Source: a virus (lineage: Duplodnaviria > Heunggongvirae > Uroviricota > Caudoviricetes). From it: a stretch of 64,000 bases of DNA. Location of the stretch: the IMG/VR virus record IMGVR_UViG_3300046523_000117. One strand, given 5' to 3'. The translations under genes were made by a program, and so were the position numbers. Numbering within the stretch: the first letter of the stretch is position 1; every line of letters begins with the position of its first letter. The notes beneath the pieces were generated by a model. It saw only the letters and a list, made by a program, of their open reading frames with translations. It was not told where the DNA came from and searched no databases. Positions 29,331 through 38,488 of the stretch are shown one piece after another.

Positions 29331-29648
29331 TTATTTCGATTCAGCTTTGATCACACCGTCGATGAATTCAAAACGGATGGATACGATCTTTTGATCCTTC
29401 GCCTTTTCAGGCCAATCGAAGGTGCGGAGGCTACCGGGCTGGGCAATCGGGATGATATCACCGACTTTCAGATCGACTGTTGGGTCACAGGCTACCACAA
29501 AGCCGTAGGTAGGCACTTCGGATTGGAACACCTTACCAATAACGATCCCACCTTGTACCAGCTCGTCGCCTTGCTGCTTTACATGGGATACGTCCAGAAG
29601 GACGGTTTTGTTGGTCAGGGTCACATTCAGTTCGGAAAGCTTGCTCAT
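29331..29648 (-). CDS. gp31: Co-chaperonin gp31 (GroES-like)
   Basis: GGIVIGK..PTYGFVVACDP..LKVGDII..IDGVI. Confidence 0.8.
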   Translation of the reverse strand: MSKLSELNVTLTNKTVLLDVSHVKQQGDELVQGGIVIGKVFQSEVPTYGFVVACDPTVDLKVGDIIPIAQPGSLRTFDWPEKAKDQKIVSIRFEFIDGVIKAESK

Positions 29649-29833
29649 TCGGTTCTCAGTTTGTATTTTTCAATTGTGGCTTGTCGTGCAGCGGTACGTT
29701 CGGCAATACCATCCAATACAGTCTGGTATTCGCCCATACGCGCACGCAATTCATGGTCGTAAACGTCAAATGGCTTGTTAGCCAATTGATCGATTTGTTC
29801 TTGGGTGAAGACTACCGGGAGTCTTTCACTCAT
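29645..29833 (-). CDS. Hypothetical protein
   Basis: ATGA overlaps on both sides. Confidence 0.6.
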   Translation of the reverse strand: MSERLPVVFTQEQIDQLANKPFDVYDHELRARMGEYQTVLDGIAERTAARQATIEKYKLRTE

Positions 29834-30132
29834 GCCTTGTCACCGATGTGGTAGACCGTAGCGACGTTGAAGGTACGCCATTCACGTTTTTCCAGATCGA
29901 ATACACGCATAGATGCATCGGTCATTTTGCGGGTGGATTCAGTTTTCAGGGTTTCGTCAGCTTTACCCAGAATCAGTTCAACCACGGCAGGGTCACGGGT
30001 ACAGTGCATAACACGGTCTTCGCCGTTGGACACTTTGGTGAATCGAACGTAGGCAGCACCGGCAGACAGGCGTTCAAGGAGAAATTCACGGCTGAATTTT
30101 TGGTCCGGGTTGGTGTTGTAAGTCTTGGTCAT
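29830..30132 (-). CDS. T4 gp31.1-like SH3/WYL-type protein
   Basis: VRFTKV.NGEDRVMHCTRD..ESTRK..VFDLEKREWRTF. Confidence 0.8.
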   Translation of the reverse strand: MTKTYNTNPDQKFSREFLLERLSAGAAYVRFTKVSNGEDRVMHCTRDPAVVELILGKADETLKTESTRKMTDASMRVFDLEKREWRTFNVATVYHIGDKA

Positions 30133-30142
30133 TCTATTTTTC

Positions 30143-30598
30143 TCACGATTTGATGATAATAAGTTCGATACCCAATTCCTTGGCTAAATCCACGGAATCT
30201 TGAGTAGGCCAGCGTGTTGCAAATTCTTCCCCGCCATCGTAGCAAACCACCCGGAACAGACGCCTTTGGCGCATTCTGGATAGGCAATTGACGCAAGGTG
30301 GATGTGTGATATAAATCGTGCATCCATCAAAATATTTCACATTCGCGAACGCCATAGCGTTGTCTTCTGAATGCAGTATGTGACGATACTTGAATTCTCG
30401 ATTATTCAAGCGCTCTGGGGTATCTGCCATACCCCTTGGAAACCCATTAAATCCATGACTTACGGGGTTTCCGTTTGGGTCCATAATAACGCTACCGATT
30501 TTAGTGGACGGGTCTTTCGACCATGATGCCACCAGTTTTGCCATTTCGAGGTATCGGTAGTCCCATTTTTCAACGAACAAACGACACCAGTAGCACAC
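30143..30598 (-). CDS. cd: dCMP deaminase (start uncertain)
   Basis: SKDPSTKIG..GFNGFPRG..HSEDNA..PCVNC. Confidence 0.93.
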   Translation of the reverse strand: MCYWCRLFVEKWDYRYLEMAKLVASWSKDPSTKIGSVIMDPNGNPVSHGFNGFPRGMADTPERLNNREFKYRHILHSEDNAMAFANVKYFDGCTIYITHPPCVNCLSRMRQRRLFRVVCYDGGEEFATRWPTQDSVDLAKELGIELIIIKS

Positions 30599-30692
30599 CG
30601 GCTACAAAAATCGGCATTGCAAGTTCGTTTAACATGTTGATCGTATTAGGGTACAGCGCGGCGTATTTCAGGATTTTCGTTTTCATGAAGCA

Positions 30693-30722
30693 ATCATACC
30701 ACAAATTATTTGGATTCTAAAC
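30693..30722 (-). promoter_or_regulatory. GTTTAGA-class promoter
   Basis: GTTTAGA-17-TATGAT with TG extension. Confidence 0.55.
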
Positions 30723-30993
30723 TGAATGCGGAAATTCTATCCCGATTCGCCTTATCAATTACATCAATTAAAACCCCTTGACGACCGATGCACTCTGAGA
30801 GTAAGGCCAGATTGTGACCGTCAACGGCAGCCACTACAGAAGGTGGTAGAGGGGTATTATCGGTTGGCACCGGCATTTTCATCAACCATTTGGTCGGACA
30901 CTTTTCCATCAAATTCGCGTCCACTTGGATTGGGGTTGCCTTGTATTGTATCGATGTACTGGTTATACACCCCAGCAAAGCCAGCGCCAACAT
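30706..30993 (-). CDS. o-spanin (Rz1-like lipoprotein)
   Basis: MLALALLGC lipobox, Pro-rich, CP motif; overlaps i-spanin; T4 pseT.2 position. Confidence 0.75.
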   Translation of the reverse strand: MLALALLGCITSTSIQYKATPIQVDANLMEKCPTKWLMKMPVPTDNTPLPPSVVAAVDGHNLALLSECIGRQGVLIDVIDKANRDRISAFSLESK

Positions 30994-31270
30994 CGGAACA
31001 CTTAGGTGCCACAATGGCCGGAGCCTTTTGAGTGATGTAAACAATTTTCTGTTTTGTGTCTTGAACATTCTGCATACCGCTCTGGGTTATGGTCTGGGAT
31101 GATTGCCATTCTGTTCGAGCAGCATTCACCGCAGCATCTGTTGCGATTTTGTTGTCATGGTCTACATCCGCCATCGCAGCGTCATAGCCGAGATTGTACA
31201 GCTTGTAGCCGCCAAAGATCAGAATCAGGGCAAAAACTGCCCCGATGATCCATTTTATTTCACTGGGCAA
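30857..31270 (-). CDS. i-spanin (Rz-like)
   Basis: N-terminal TM, coiled coil, C-terminal Cys; T4 pseT.3 position. Confidence 0.78.
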   Translation of the reverse strand: MPSEIKWIIGAVFALILIFGGYKLYNLGYDAAMADVDHDNKIATDAAVNAARTEWQSSQTITQSGMQNVQDTKQKIVYITQKAPAIVAPKCSDVGAGFAGVYNQYIDTIQGNPNPSGREFDGKVSDQMVDENAGANR

Positions 31271-31670
31271 TGTGATAGTCCTTTTTGTAATTCAGGAACC
31301 GGGCTACCGCACCAAGGGTATTGAAAACCTCTACCCCATTCACAGACGCCATCCGGCAAACCTGACTCATTGATTTGAACTGGTGTGGATTCCATACAAT
31401 CCCATCATCGTCTTCCAGAACACATAGGATGGTTTTGTAAGGTCTTTTGTTCGAATCATCAATCGCTTCGGCAATCGAAAACACCCCAGTCATTTTTGGA
31501 GTAATCACATACAGGTTGTAATCGGCCATCGCCCGTTGTTTCAATTCTTCTTCCATATGCTCTGGCTTCCAATCTGGAACAACCGGATTGTAGTAATCAC
31601 ATTTGAGCAGTGGGATCAGAGTTTCACGCCAATCGGAACCATTACAAGTTCCACCAAGAAATACTTTCAT
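31260..31670 (-). CDS. Nucleoside 2-deoxyribosyltransferase-like protein
   Basis: KVFLGGTC..DWR..YYNPVV.DW..E..YVITP..GVFSIAE. Confidence 0.75.
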   Translation of the reverse strand: MKVFLGGTCNGSDWRETLIPLLKCDYYNPVVPDWKPEHMEEELKQRAMADYNLYVITPKMTGVFSIAEAIDDSNKRPYKTILCVLEDDDGIVWNPHQFKSMSQVCRMASVNGVEVFNTLGAVARFLNYKKDYHIAQ

Positions 31671-31685
31671 TCAATTCTCACCAAT

Positions 31686-31710
31686 AAAAAAGGGGCCGAA
31701 ATGGCCCCTT
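31686..31710 (-). terminator. Terminator after nrdA
   Basis: AAGGGGCC-atttc-GGCCCCTT + T-run on - strand. Confidence 0.85.
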
Positions 31711-31716
31711 ATGAAA

Positions 31717-33411
31717 TTATGCTTCGCAGGCCGAACATACACTGTTCACAACCACACCCGAACGGGAGTAGATGTAATACAGGGATAGAATGTTTTCATC
31801 CAAGAAAGCTTTTGTGTGTAGCTCTGCAATCCGGTCTTCGTCGCCGTCTTCCGAAACAAAGAAGTTCAACGATTGACCCTGACACAGATAAGGCTGACGA
31901 ACCGACGCATAACGCAGGATTACGTCTTGATCAATTTCGAATGCAGTCTTGAAGACTTCCTTTTCATGATCATCCAACCATGTTACGTGTTGTACCGAAC
32001 CTACATGAGCAACGATGTCATCGCATGTCTCTTTCGAGTACACACCACGTTCAACCATTACATGGTAGATTTCAGGAACAATTTTGTGCATACCACCGGC
32101 AGCCGAACCCTGTTCGTAAACCATGCCCGGTTCTGGTGAAGTAGATTCACCAACGTTACCCATCAAACCAGCGGTAGACTTAGTTGGTGCAAGGGCTGTA
32201 CGGTGCGTATTACGCTCGCCACGGCCTTTAAGCCATTCAGGCTCACCAAGTTCCTTAGCCATCCACTGCGAAGCCGCCAGCGAGTCGTCATGCAGCTTCT
32301 TGAACATCGCAATATTCAGGAAGTGAGCATCCATCGATTCGAATGGAATACGGTTGCGTTGAAGGTAAGTTGCCCAACCCATCATACCCAGACCAATTGC
32401 ACGGCCTTTCTCGGTAAACTTACGAACTTTTTCCAGACCCGGAATGCCTACAGACTTCTCTAGGAAATCCGAAACAACACAGTCAAGGAATACGGTCGCA
32501 TCAAATACCGCTGATGTATCTTTCCACTCGTCCCACTTGTTAGCGTTCATCGAAGACAGTACGCAACTATAGGTAAGAGACTCGGAACTATGCAGCATAA
32601 TTTCGGTACAGAGATTGGAAGCCTTGATATCAAGACCTAAATCCTTGTACACCATTGGACGGTGACGGTTTGCTTTGTCGATGAAGAAGAAATAACCCTT
32701 ACCAACTACCAGCTTTGTATACAACGCAGCGGTAAAACGACGGTGGGCTTCTGCATCACCAGTTTTCAGTTTTGCAATAAAACCATCTGTAACGGTCCAA
32801 CCAATGTTCATGTTGTCTGGTTTAGCCAACAGGAAATCATTCATTTCATCGAAGTCTTGATGTTCGATATCAAGATACTTACCGATGGAACCACGACGGT
32901 TACCACCTTGAGAAATCAACGATGTGTCATCAGCCGCACGAATCATCCAAGGCACTGGACCTTCGGCAGTACCGCCTTTGCTGATTACCGATCCACGCGG
33001 ACGGATATCGCTGAAATCAGCCGAACAACCAAAGCCATACTTAGACAGCATTGCCCATTCGTGACGTGCTTTATAAAAACTATCAACAGAGTCGCCTACA
33101 TACTGACCAGAACAAGATACGGTCAAGCCTCTATCGGTGCCACAATTCGCTAGAACTGGGGTAGCCGGGGACAACCAACCTTTCCACATCAGATTGAAGA
33201 ACTTTTCTTCCCAGTAGACTTCATTACCAACCATGTGCTTAGACAGGGTTTTAGCAATTGTTTTGTGTCTACCGTATACAGCCTGTTCACCGGACACCGC
33301 ATACTTGGCTTTAAACATCTGCCATGATTGTGTGGTGTACCATTCAGGGAGCCAACCCTTTGCTTGTAAGTCTTTACGTTCCTGACTTAGTTCTTCGAAA
33401 CTCTGTGCCAT
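31717..33411 (-). CDS. nrdA: Class I ribonucleotide reductase alpha subunit, no ATP cone
   Basis: LSPATPVLAN, VSCS, SNLCTEI, ALAPT, QGQSLN, C-terminal CSAC. Confidence 0.95.
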   Translation of the reverse strand: MAQSFEELSQERKDLQAKGWLPEWYTTQSWQMFKAKYAVSGEQAVYGRHKTIAKTLSKHMVGNEVYWEEKFFNLMWKGWLSPATPVLANCGTDRGLTVSCSGQYVGDSVDSFYKARHEWAMLSKYGFGCSADFSDIRPRGSVISKGGTAEGPVPWMIRAADDTSLISQGGNRRGSIGKYLDIEHQDFDEMNDFLLAKPDNMNIGWTVTDGFIAKLKTGDAEAHRRFTAALYTKLVVGKGYFFFIDKANRHRPMVYKDLGLDIKASNLCTEIMLHSSESLTYSCVLSSMNANKWDEWKDTSAVFDATVFLDCVVSDFLEKSVGIPGLEKVRKFTEKGRAIGLGMMGWATYLQRNRIPFESMDAHFLNIAMFKKLHDDSLAASQWMAKELGEPEWLKGRGERNTHRTALAPTKSTAGLMGNVGESTSPEPGMVYEQGSAAGGMHKIVPEIYHVMVERGVYSKETCDDIVAHVGSVQHVTWLDDHEKEVFKTAFEIDQDVILRYASVRQPYLCQGQSLNFFVSEDGDEDRIAELHTKAFLDENILSLYYIYSRSGVVVNSVCSACEA

Positions 33412-33412
33412 C

Positions 33413-34432
33413 TTATTCTACCAACTCTGTTCTGAATGATAATTTACCTTTATTCCAATTCCGTACATATTGTACTTGGGAGTTTGCGAAGAAATCCGCA
33501 TACTTGAAAGTGCTTAGAGCCGAATAGAACCAGCCAGCAATCTTGCCCGGTGCATCACCAAAAATTGGTTTGGCTTTCAGATACGCACAAACATCGTCAA
33601 CACGATTGCGCACGAAATGCATCTGGTCTTCGAAGTTGGCAGTACGATTTCCACCCTTGGAGAAAATTTCAGTGTTGATCGCTTCTTCATGTTCGTAAAC
33701 AACAAGACCGAGTTTCTCGATTTCAGCGTACAACTTTTCAATTTCTTCTGGGGTAATATGACCAGCTTCAATCAATTCCGACAGGTACTGGTTAAACAAC
33801 CATGCCGCCGACATCGAGTGGAAGTTTTCATCTTTTGCACTTGCGTCAATACCAGATGCTACGTGAGCCATCATGTTGTAACCGCCAGTGTTGAAACTTT
33901 TCAGGTACGAGAACGCGGAGAACAGTACCGCACCTTCCAAGAAGGCGAATGCTGCCAGAGAAAGCAGGTCGTTATAACCATAACCTTCAAGTTCTGCATA
34001 CTTAGAAATAAACGCAATACGCTCAGACAGAATTGGATCAGACTTCCACTCATTGTAGAATTCTTCGGTCGCGATATTGAGAGTTTTGTTAATCAGGTCA
34101 TAGAACGGTGCATGAACTGCACGTTCAACCATCGAATACACAGCACACATTTGGCCGATGTCTTCGCGTGGGAACATTCTTTGAATCTTGCCACCCCAGA
34201 ATTCATTACCACCAAGCATTAGTTCATACTTGTTGAAAATTTTCAGAAGGTAGGTAATACCGTAGCGCTCGCCACTGGTACATTTGGTACGGATGTCGCT
34301 TTCATCTTTGTCTACGCCCAGTTCATCAGCGAACCAGAGAATAGAGAGTTGTTTCTGTGCTGCATCAACGGCTTGTTTATAGTCGATGATGTAGTTCTCT
34401 TGAGAAGTTTTAATTCGAACTAGATCGGGCAT
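33413..34432 (-). CDS. nrdB: Ribonucleotide reductase beta subunit
   Basis: ERAVHAPFY, LEGAVLFSAF, DENFHS, DFF near C-terminus. Confidence 0.95.
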   Translation of the reverse strand: MPDLVRIKTSQENYIIDYKQAVDAAQKQLSILWFADELGVDKDESDIRTKCTSGERYGITYLLKIFNKYELMLGGNEFWGGKIQRMFPREDIGQMCAVYSMVERAVHAPFYDLINKTLNIATEEFYNEWKSDPILSERIAFISKYAELEGYGYNDLLSLAAFAFLEGAVLFSAFSYLKSFNTGGYNMMAHVASGIDASAKDENFHSMSAAWLFNQYLSELIEAGHITPEEIEKLYAEIEKLGLVVYEHEEAINTEIFSKGGNRTANFEDQMHFVRNRVDDVCAYLKAKPIFGDAPGKIAGWFYSALSTFKYADFFANSQVQYVRNWNKGKLSFRTELVE

Positions 34433-34456
34433 TTAAAATATCGCTTAAAAAACAAG

Positions 34457-34479
34457 GAACTTCGCCAATCGAAGTTCCC
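34457..34479 (-). terminator. Terminator after td
   Basis: GGAACTTCG-5-CGAAGTTCC hairpin followed by T-rich run on - strand. Confidence 0.7.
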
Positions 34480-34524
34480 AAAATTGGTTTACTATTTAGT
34501 TAGGTGATAGCAGAGCAATGCCCT

Positions 34525-35478
34525 TTACACTGCCATCGGTGCGGTTAATGCTGGGTGATGTTCATACCCAATCAACAGGAAGTCATCAACTTTCGCATTC
34601 TCGAAGTCTTCGAGAGTTTGAAGGTTCGGATTAATCCAAAGCTTCGGTAGTTCAAGTGGTTTACGACCAATCTGTTCCAGTACCATTGTGGTATGGTTCT
34701 TATAGATATGGGTATCACCAAGTTGACCGGTCAAGTATCGCGGTGTCTTACCAAGAATCCGTGCAAAGATCGCCTGCAATAGAGCATAAGACGCGATGTT
34801 GAACGGTAGGCCCAAGAAAGTATCAACACTTCGTTGTGTCCACAACATATCGATATAGTCACCGGTAATACGGATTTGGAAACCGTAGTGACATGGTGGC
34901 AAGGTCATCAGATGTTGTTCTTCTGGGTTCCATGCATTGACAATCAGACGACGACATTCCGGGTTGGTCTTGGCTCGCTCAAGCAAGTTTCGAACTTGGT
35001 CGATACGGCGCTCATAGAAGTTCTCACCGATTCGAGTGTCATAGGCTATTTGTGTGTAGCCCATAGCTTCTAAAGCGTCTCCAGACTCGTCGTAGGAGTC
35101 TGTGTGAACGATATCCTTACGGTTCCTCCACTGACCACCATAAACCGGACCCAGTTCGCCGTCTGTATAACCCAGAGCTTTACCCTGTGCTTCGTAATTG
35201 GCATCCCAGATGGTTTTCTTAGCCAGATTGAACCGATGTTCTTCACCGTAAAGCAAAGCCCGCAGTTCATTGACGTTGGTTGAACCTTTCAGGAACCACA
35301 ACAGTTCGGATACAACCGACTTCCATGCGAGTTTCTTGGTGGTTACACCCGGAAAGCCTTCGGTCTGGTCAAATTTTAGTTGTTCACCGAAAATGGCAAG
35401 AGTGCCCACGCCGGTACGATCCACAACCGATTCACCGGTATTGAGGATTTTGATTAGAAGCTGGATATAAGGGGTCAT
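34525..35478 (-). CDS. td: Thymidylate synthase
   Basis: DRTGVGT, LPPCH, QRSVDTFLGLPFNIASY, GDTHIY; uninterrupted. Confidence 0.98.
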   Translation of the reverse strand: MTPYIQLLIKILNTGESVVDRTGVGTLAIFGEQLKFDQTEGFPGVTTKKLAWKSVVSELLWFLKGSTNVNELRALLYGEEHRFNLAKKTIWDANYEAQGKALGYTDGELGPVYGGQWRNRKDIVHTDSYDESGDALEAMGYTQIAYDTRIGENFYERRIDQVRNLLERAKTNPECRRLIVNAWNPEEQHLMTLPPCHYGFQIRITGDYIDMLWTQRSVDTFLGLPFNIASYALLQAIFARILGKTPRYLTGQLGDTHIYKNHTTMVLEQIGRKPLELPKLWINPNLQTLEDFENAKVDDFLLIGYEHHPALTAPMAV

Positions 35479-35975
35479 TGAATAATCTTGTCGTAAACTT
35501 CGTAAAGAACGCCGGGGGTATCCTCGGATTCGGGAAGGTGGCTTGAACTAACCAATTTGTAAGCTTGTTGGCAAAGGGCTCTGCAACTGAATTTCACATC
35601 ACCGTTGTATTCGGCTTGCACCAACGAGGAATAGATTCGGTCACACAACATCACATATTGCACATAAACCTGCATACCACCGATAACGATAATGTCTTTG
35701 CCGGGGTATTTTGATTGAATTGTCGCGATTACATCATAGGGTTCACCAGCTACGGTCAGGTCTGCGCCTTCAATTTCCTTTGAGCTGATAACCACATTAA
35801 TTCGGTTGGGAAGGTGTCGGCCAATAGACTCCCAAGTCTTACGGCCCATCAAGATAACTTTCTCATTAGTGTTGCGTTGGAACCACGCCATATCCGATTG
35901 GATATAGGGCCAAGGCAGACCACCATTCAAGCCAATGAAGTGATTCAGGCTTGTTGCATAGATCATTTGGATCAA
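35475..35975 (-). CDS. frd: Dihydrofolate reductase
   Basis: IGLNGGLPW..DMAWF..MGRKTWESI.RHLPNRIN..IGG..VY. Confidence 0.96.
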   Translation of the reverse strand: MIQMIYATSLNHFIGLNGGLPWPYIQSDMAWFQRNTNEKVILMGRKTWESIGRHLPNRINVVISSKEIEGADLTVAGEPYDVIATIQSKYPGKDIIVIGGMQVYVQYVMLCDRIYSSLVQAEYNGDVKFSCRALCQQAYKLVSSSHLPESEDTPGVLYEVYDKIIQ

Positions 35976-35994
35976 AATATATCTCCCGTAAAGG

Positions 35995-36014
35995 ATAGGG
36001 GCTTTCGCCCCTAT
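35995..36014 (-). terminator. Stem-loop after gp32
   Basis: ATAGGGGC-gaaa-GCCCCTAT. Confidence 0.65.
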
Positions 36015-36020
36015 TCACAA

Positions 36021-36974
36021 TTAGCTGTCTAGGCCATCCAAGAAGCTCTGGATGTCGTCAATGTCATCGCGTGCAGATCCGTTACCGGCTTTAGCATCGG
36101 TATCGAATGGCAGGCTATCGTCTTCAACTACAGCGTTCTTTGGGTTTTCGTAAACTTTGGTTGGTGTTTCTTCACGGGCTTCGCGCACTTCACGTTCACC
36201 GGTAGTCTCTTTACGAGCAGCGGTTCCGCCAGTTGCACGGGCATACGACTTGTCAAGCTCTGCTTTCGACTTGAATTGCTTTTCAGCAACAATCGGTTTC
36301 AGCGGATGCATGGCAGCCCAAGCTTTGTTCAGTTTTTCTTCGTCGCCGCCGAACAGCTCAGAAGTTTGACTAACAAATTTGGAATCATCGTAGTTCTGGA
36401 AGCCGGATACTTTCTTGGCTTTCAGGTGGAAGTTTGCACCTTCGTAAACGTCGGTTACCAGAATCGGGCTTTCTTCTTCCAGATCCGGGTTCAGAGCGGC
36501 TTCGATTTTCTCGAAGATTTTCTTACCGAAACGGTATTTGAAAGTACCACCAACGGCCTCGGGATTTGCTTCATCTTTGATTACAACGATGTTCGCCCAG
36601 TAAGACAGCTTACGGCTACGAGACGACGCATAATCTTTGATTGCTTTGTCAGTTTTGCCAGCTTCAAACAATGCGCTGTTACCGGAACAAACAGGGCAGT
36701 CATCGTAAGGCTTGCCAATGGTAGTTGGGCAGTTCTCGATGTACCACTTGTTGGTTTTTGGTTCTTTGAAGCTGTGGGAAAACATTTTGACGAATGGAAT
36801 TACTTCCTCGCCTTCGCCAGTTGCTGGCAAGAATCGAATGACCGCCGAGCCATTGCCTGCTTTATCAACAGTCATGGTCCATTCTGTAGGGTCTTTTTCA
36901 AACTTCTGTGAACCGGACAGTTCTTTCAGTTGTTCTTGAAGTTGGGCGGCAGATTTTTGATTACGCTTGAACAT
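36021..36974 (-). CDS. gp32: Single-stranded DNA-binding protein gp32
   Basis: MFKR..GNGSAVIRFLP..WYIENCPTTIG..CPVC..YRFGKKIF; acidic tail. Confidence 0.97.
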   Translation of the reverse strand: MFKRNQKSAAQLQEQLKELSGSQKFEKDPTEWTMTVDKAGNGSAVIRFLPATGEGEEVIPFVKMFSHSFKEPKTNKWYIENCPTTIGKPYDDCPVCSGNSALFEAGKTDKAIKDYASSRSRKLSYWANIVVIKDEANPEAVGGTFKYRFGKKIFEKIEAALNPDLEEESPILVTDVYEGANFHLKAKKVSGFQNYDDSKFVSQTSELFGGDEEKLNKAWAAMHPLKPIVAEKQFKSKAELDKSYARATGGTAARKETTGEREVREAREETPTKVYENPKNAVVEDDSLPFDTDAKAGNGSARDDIDDIQSFLDGLDS

Positions 36975-37065
36975 TCTTTTAAATTCTCGATTGTTTAATT
37001 TGTTTAGATTTGATTATTTGTTTAGTTTTACTAACTCGCCACACTCTGGTGACGTAGTATTTATA
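36975..37065 (-). promoter_or_regulatory. gp32 leader: late promoter, hairpin and AU-rich repeats (autogenous translational operator-like)
   Basis: TATAAATA at 37058-65 (-); CGUCAC/GUGGCG stem; about 3 x UAAACAA(A)U before AUG. Confidence 0.65.
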
Positions 37066-37257
37066 TCAGTCAAAAAATCAGATAACGCCCGAAAGTCTTT
37101 CCATAGTTCATCTAGCTCTAGATACGCAAACTCATATGGCACAAGAAATGAGTCATCGACCAGAAGTTCGATATACAAGAAGCTCTCTTTGGCGTACAGG
37201 TCGTGAACTTTGGTTGGGTTAAATCTGAATGGGGTTTGACAAGTCCCTAAGCAAATA

Positions 37258-37881
37258 TCAACTACATGCGGATTTAACGACATGGGACAGTATCTTTTTG
37301 TCAATACAGAATAACTTACTGTATTTGTGAATTTTCTGAGAAATCCCGCCGTAAACAATGGAATTGTTATTGGCTAAGAATGGTGAAACAGCGTCTAACA
37401 GAACAACAAACTCAATCGGATACACTTTCTGTTGCAATTGAGTGAATACCCAAGGGGTTTGGCCTGTTAGCGAATCGGTGAACTTCATACCCTTATTATG
37501 CAACGAAAGTAGGTATGATCTAAACAGATTCACGAATTTATTTTCCGCGTTTTCCAGAAATCCCCGTGATTCTAGGTATCTCTGTTCCGCGTCATCTGAC
37601 AATATGTCACGAACCCACCCGGAATTGATGCAAACCCGAGCGAATAACAAGGACCAGTCTTCACGCGGGTATCGTTTCGCGATTTTATCAAATGTGTATT
37701 TGTCTGGAAATGCATCCGGGGAGTGGGCAGCGTTGATTTTACGCTTCCACCGGTATTTCGAGGCATCGTATTTTGCTTGGGTGATATGCGAGGAAACCGC
37801 GACATACAGTTTGTATGCCTCAAAACCGTTGCGATATCCAGTTGGAATCGAATCTGGATCTATTTGAATCAAACTGGACAT
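37258..37881 (-). CDS. gp59: Helicase loader gp59
   Basis: AYKLYVAV..H..KYD..KYRW..FDKIAKRY; synteny gp33-59-32. Confidence 0.88.
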   Translation of the reverse strand: MSSLIQIDPDSIPTGYRNGFEAYKLYVAVSSHITQAKYDASKYRWKRKINAAHSPDAFPDKYTFDKIAKRYPREDWSLLFARVCINSGWVRDILSDDAEQRYLESRGFLENAENKFVNLFRSYLLSLHNKGMKFTDSLTGQTPWVFTQLQQKVYPIEFVVLLDAVSPFLANNNSIVYGGISQKIHKYSKLFCIDKKILSHVVKSACS

Positions 37882-37890
37882 ACAACACCA

Positions 37891-38121
37891 TCAAATAAAG
37901 TCGGTTAGAGAGCTTGAGCCAGCCGAGCTGCTGCGAAGGGTATTTTCTCGAACAGCTTCAATTTCGATCTTTTGTTTCAGAGATTCAGAAATGTATTTCG
38001 AGATTTTATCCTCGTCAATTTCCTGTTGGTCTGCGATATCCAGACACGCTTGGATATAGCTACATGCTGTATCACGGGCGTGGATTTCAACAGCGGTACT
38101 GAATTGAATGATTTTACTCAT
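37891..38121 (-). CDS. gp33: Late transcription coactivator gp33
   Basis: SYIQAC..ISESLKQKIEIEA..LR..SLTDFI. Confidence 0.88.
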   Translation of the reverse strand: MSKIIQFSTAVEIHARDTACSYIQACLDIADQQEIDEDKISKYISESLKQKIEIEAVRENTLRSSSAGSSSLTDFI

Positions 38122-38425
38122 TGGCGTCAGCTTCTGGATCGGCTTTTTTGCCTTCCGGGAATACCTTGTCGAACAATGCGTTCTGGTTTTCGCGCTTGGC
38201 GGTTACGGCTTCTTTGTCCTGACGATGGTAACGGTTTACCAGATCGTTGAAGTCAGATTTGCCGATTTTGAATTCTTCTTTGACCATCGCACTGATACCG
38301 TTTCGAACATCTTTTTCGGCATCACTACGCATCAGGGATTTAGCCGCTTCTTTGGCAGCATCTTGAACTGCTTTGAGTTCGGTAGGGGACAGGTGGTCGT
38401 AATTACCAGTTTCAATAACGCTCAT
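38114..38425 (-). CDS. dsbA: dsDNA-binding protein DsbA
   Basis: KEA....K.EF.I.K.DFN.LV..YH.Q; upstream of gp33. Confidence 0.85.
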   Translation of the reverse strand: MSVIETGNYDHLSPTELKAVQDAAKEAAKSLMRSDAEKDVRNGISAMVKEEFKIGKSDFNDLVNRYHRQDKEAVTAKRENQNALFDKVFPEGKKADPEADANE

Positions 38426-38488
38426 TCTTTTCTCTCACAATTAAACTTCAATGAAGTTGGGCTGTTACACCCAACTCATTATTAATTC

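Noticed and set aside
31717-35478. Group I introns or inteins in td/nrdA/nrdB
   Set aside because: All three frames are continuous and of normal length
37014-37358. 114 aa ORF between gp59 and gp32
   Set aside because: Overlaps gp59 and the gp32 promoter/leader; no motif
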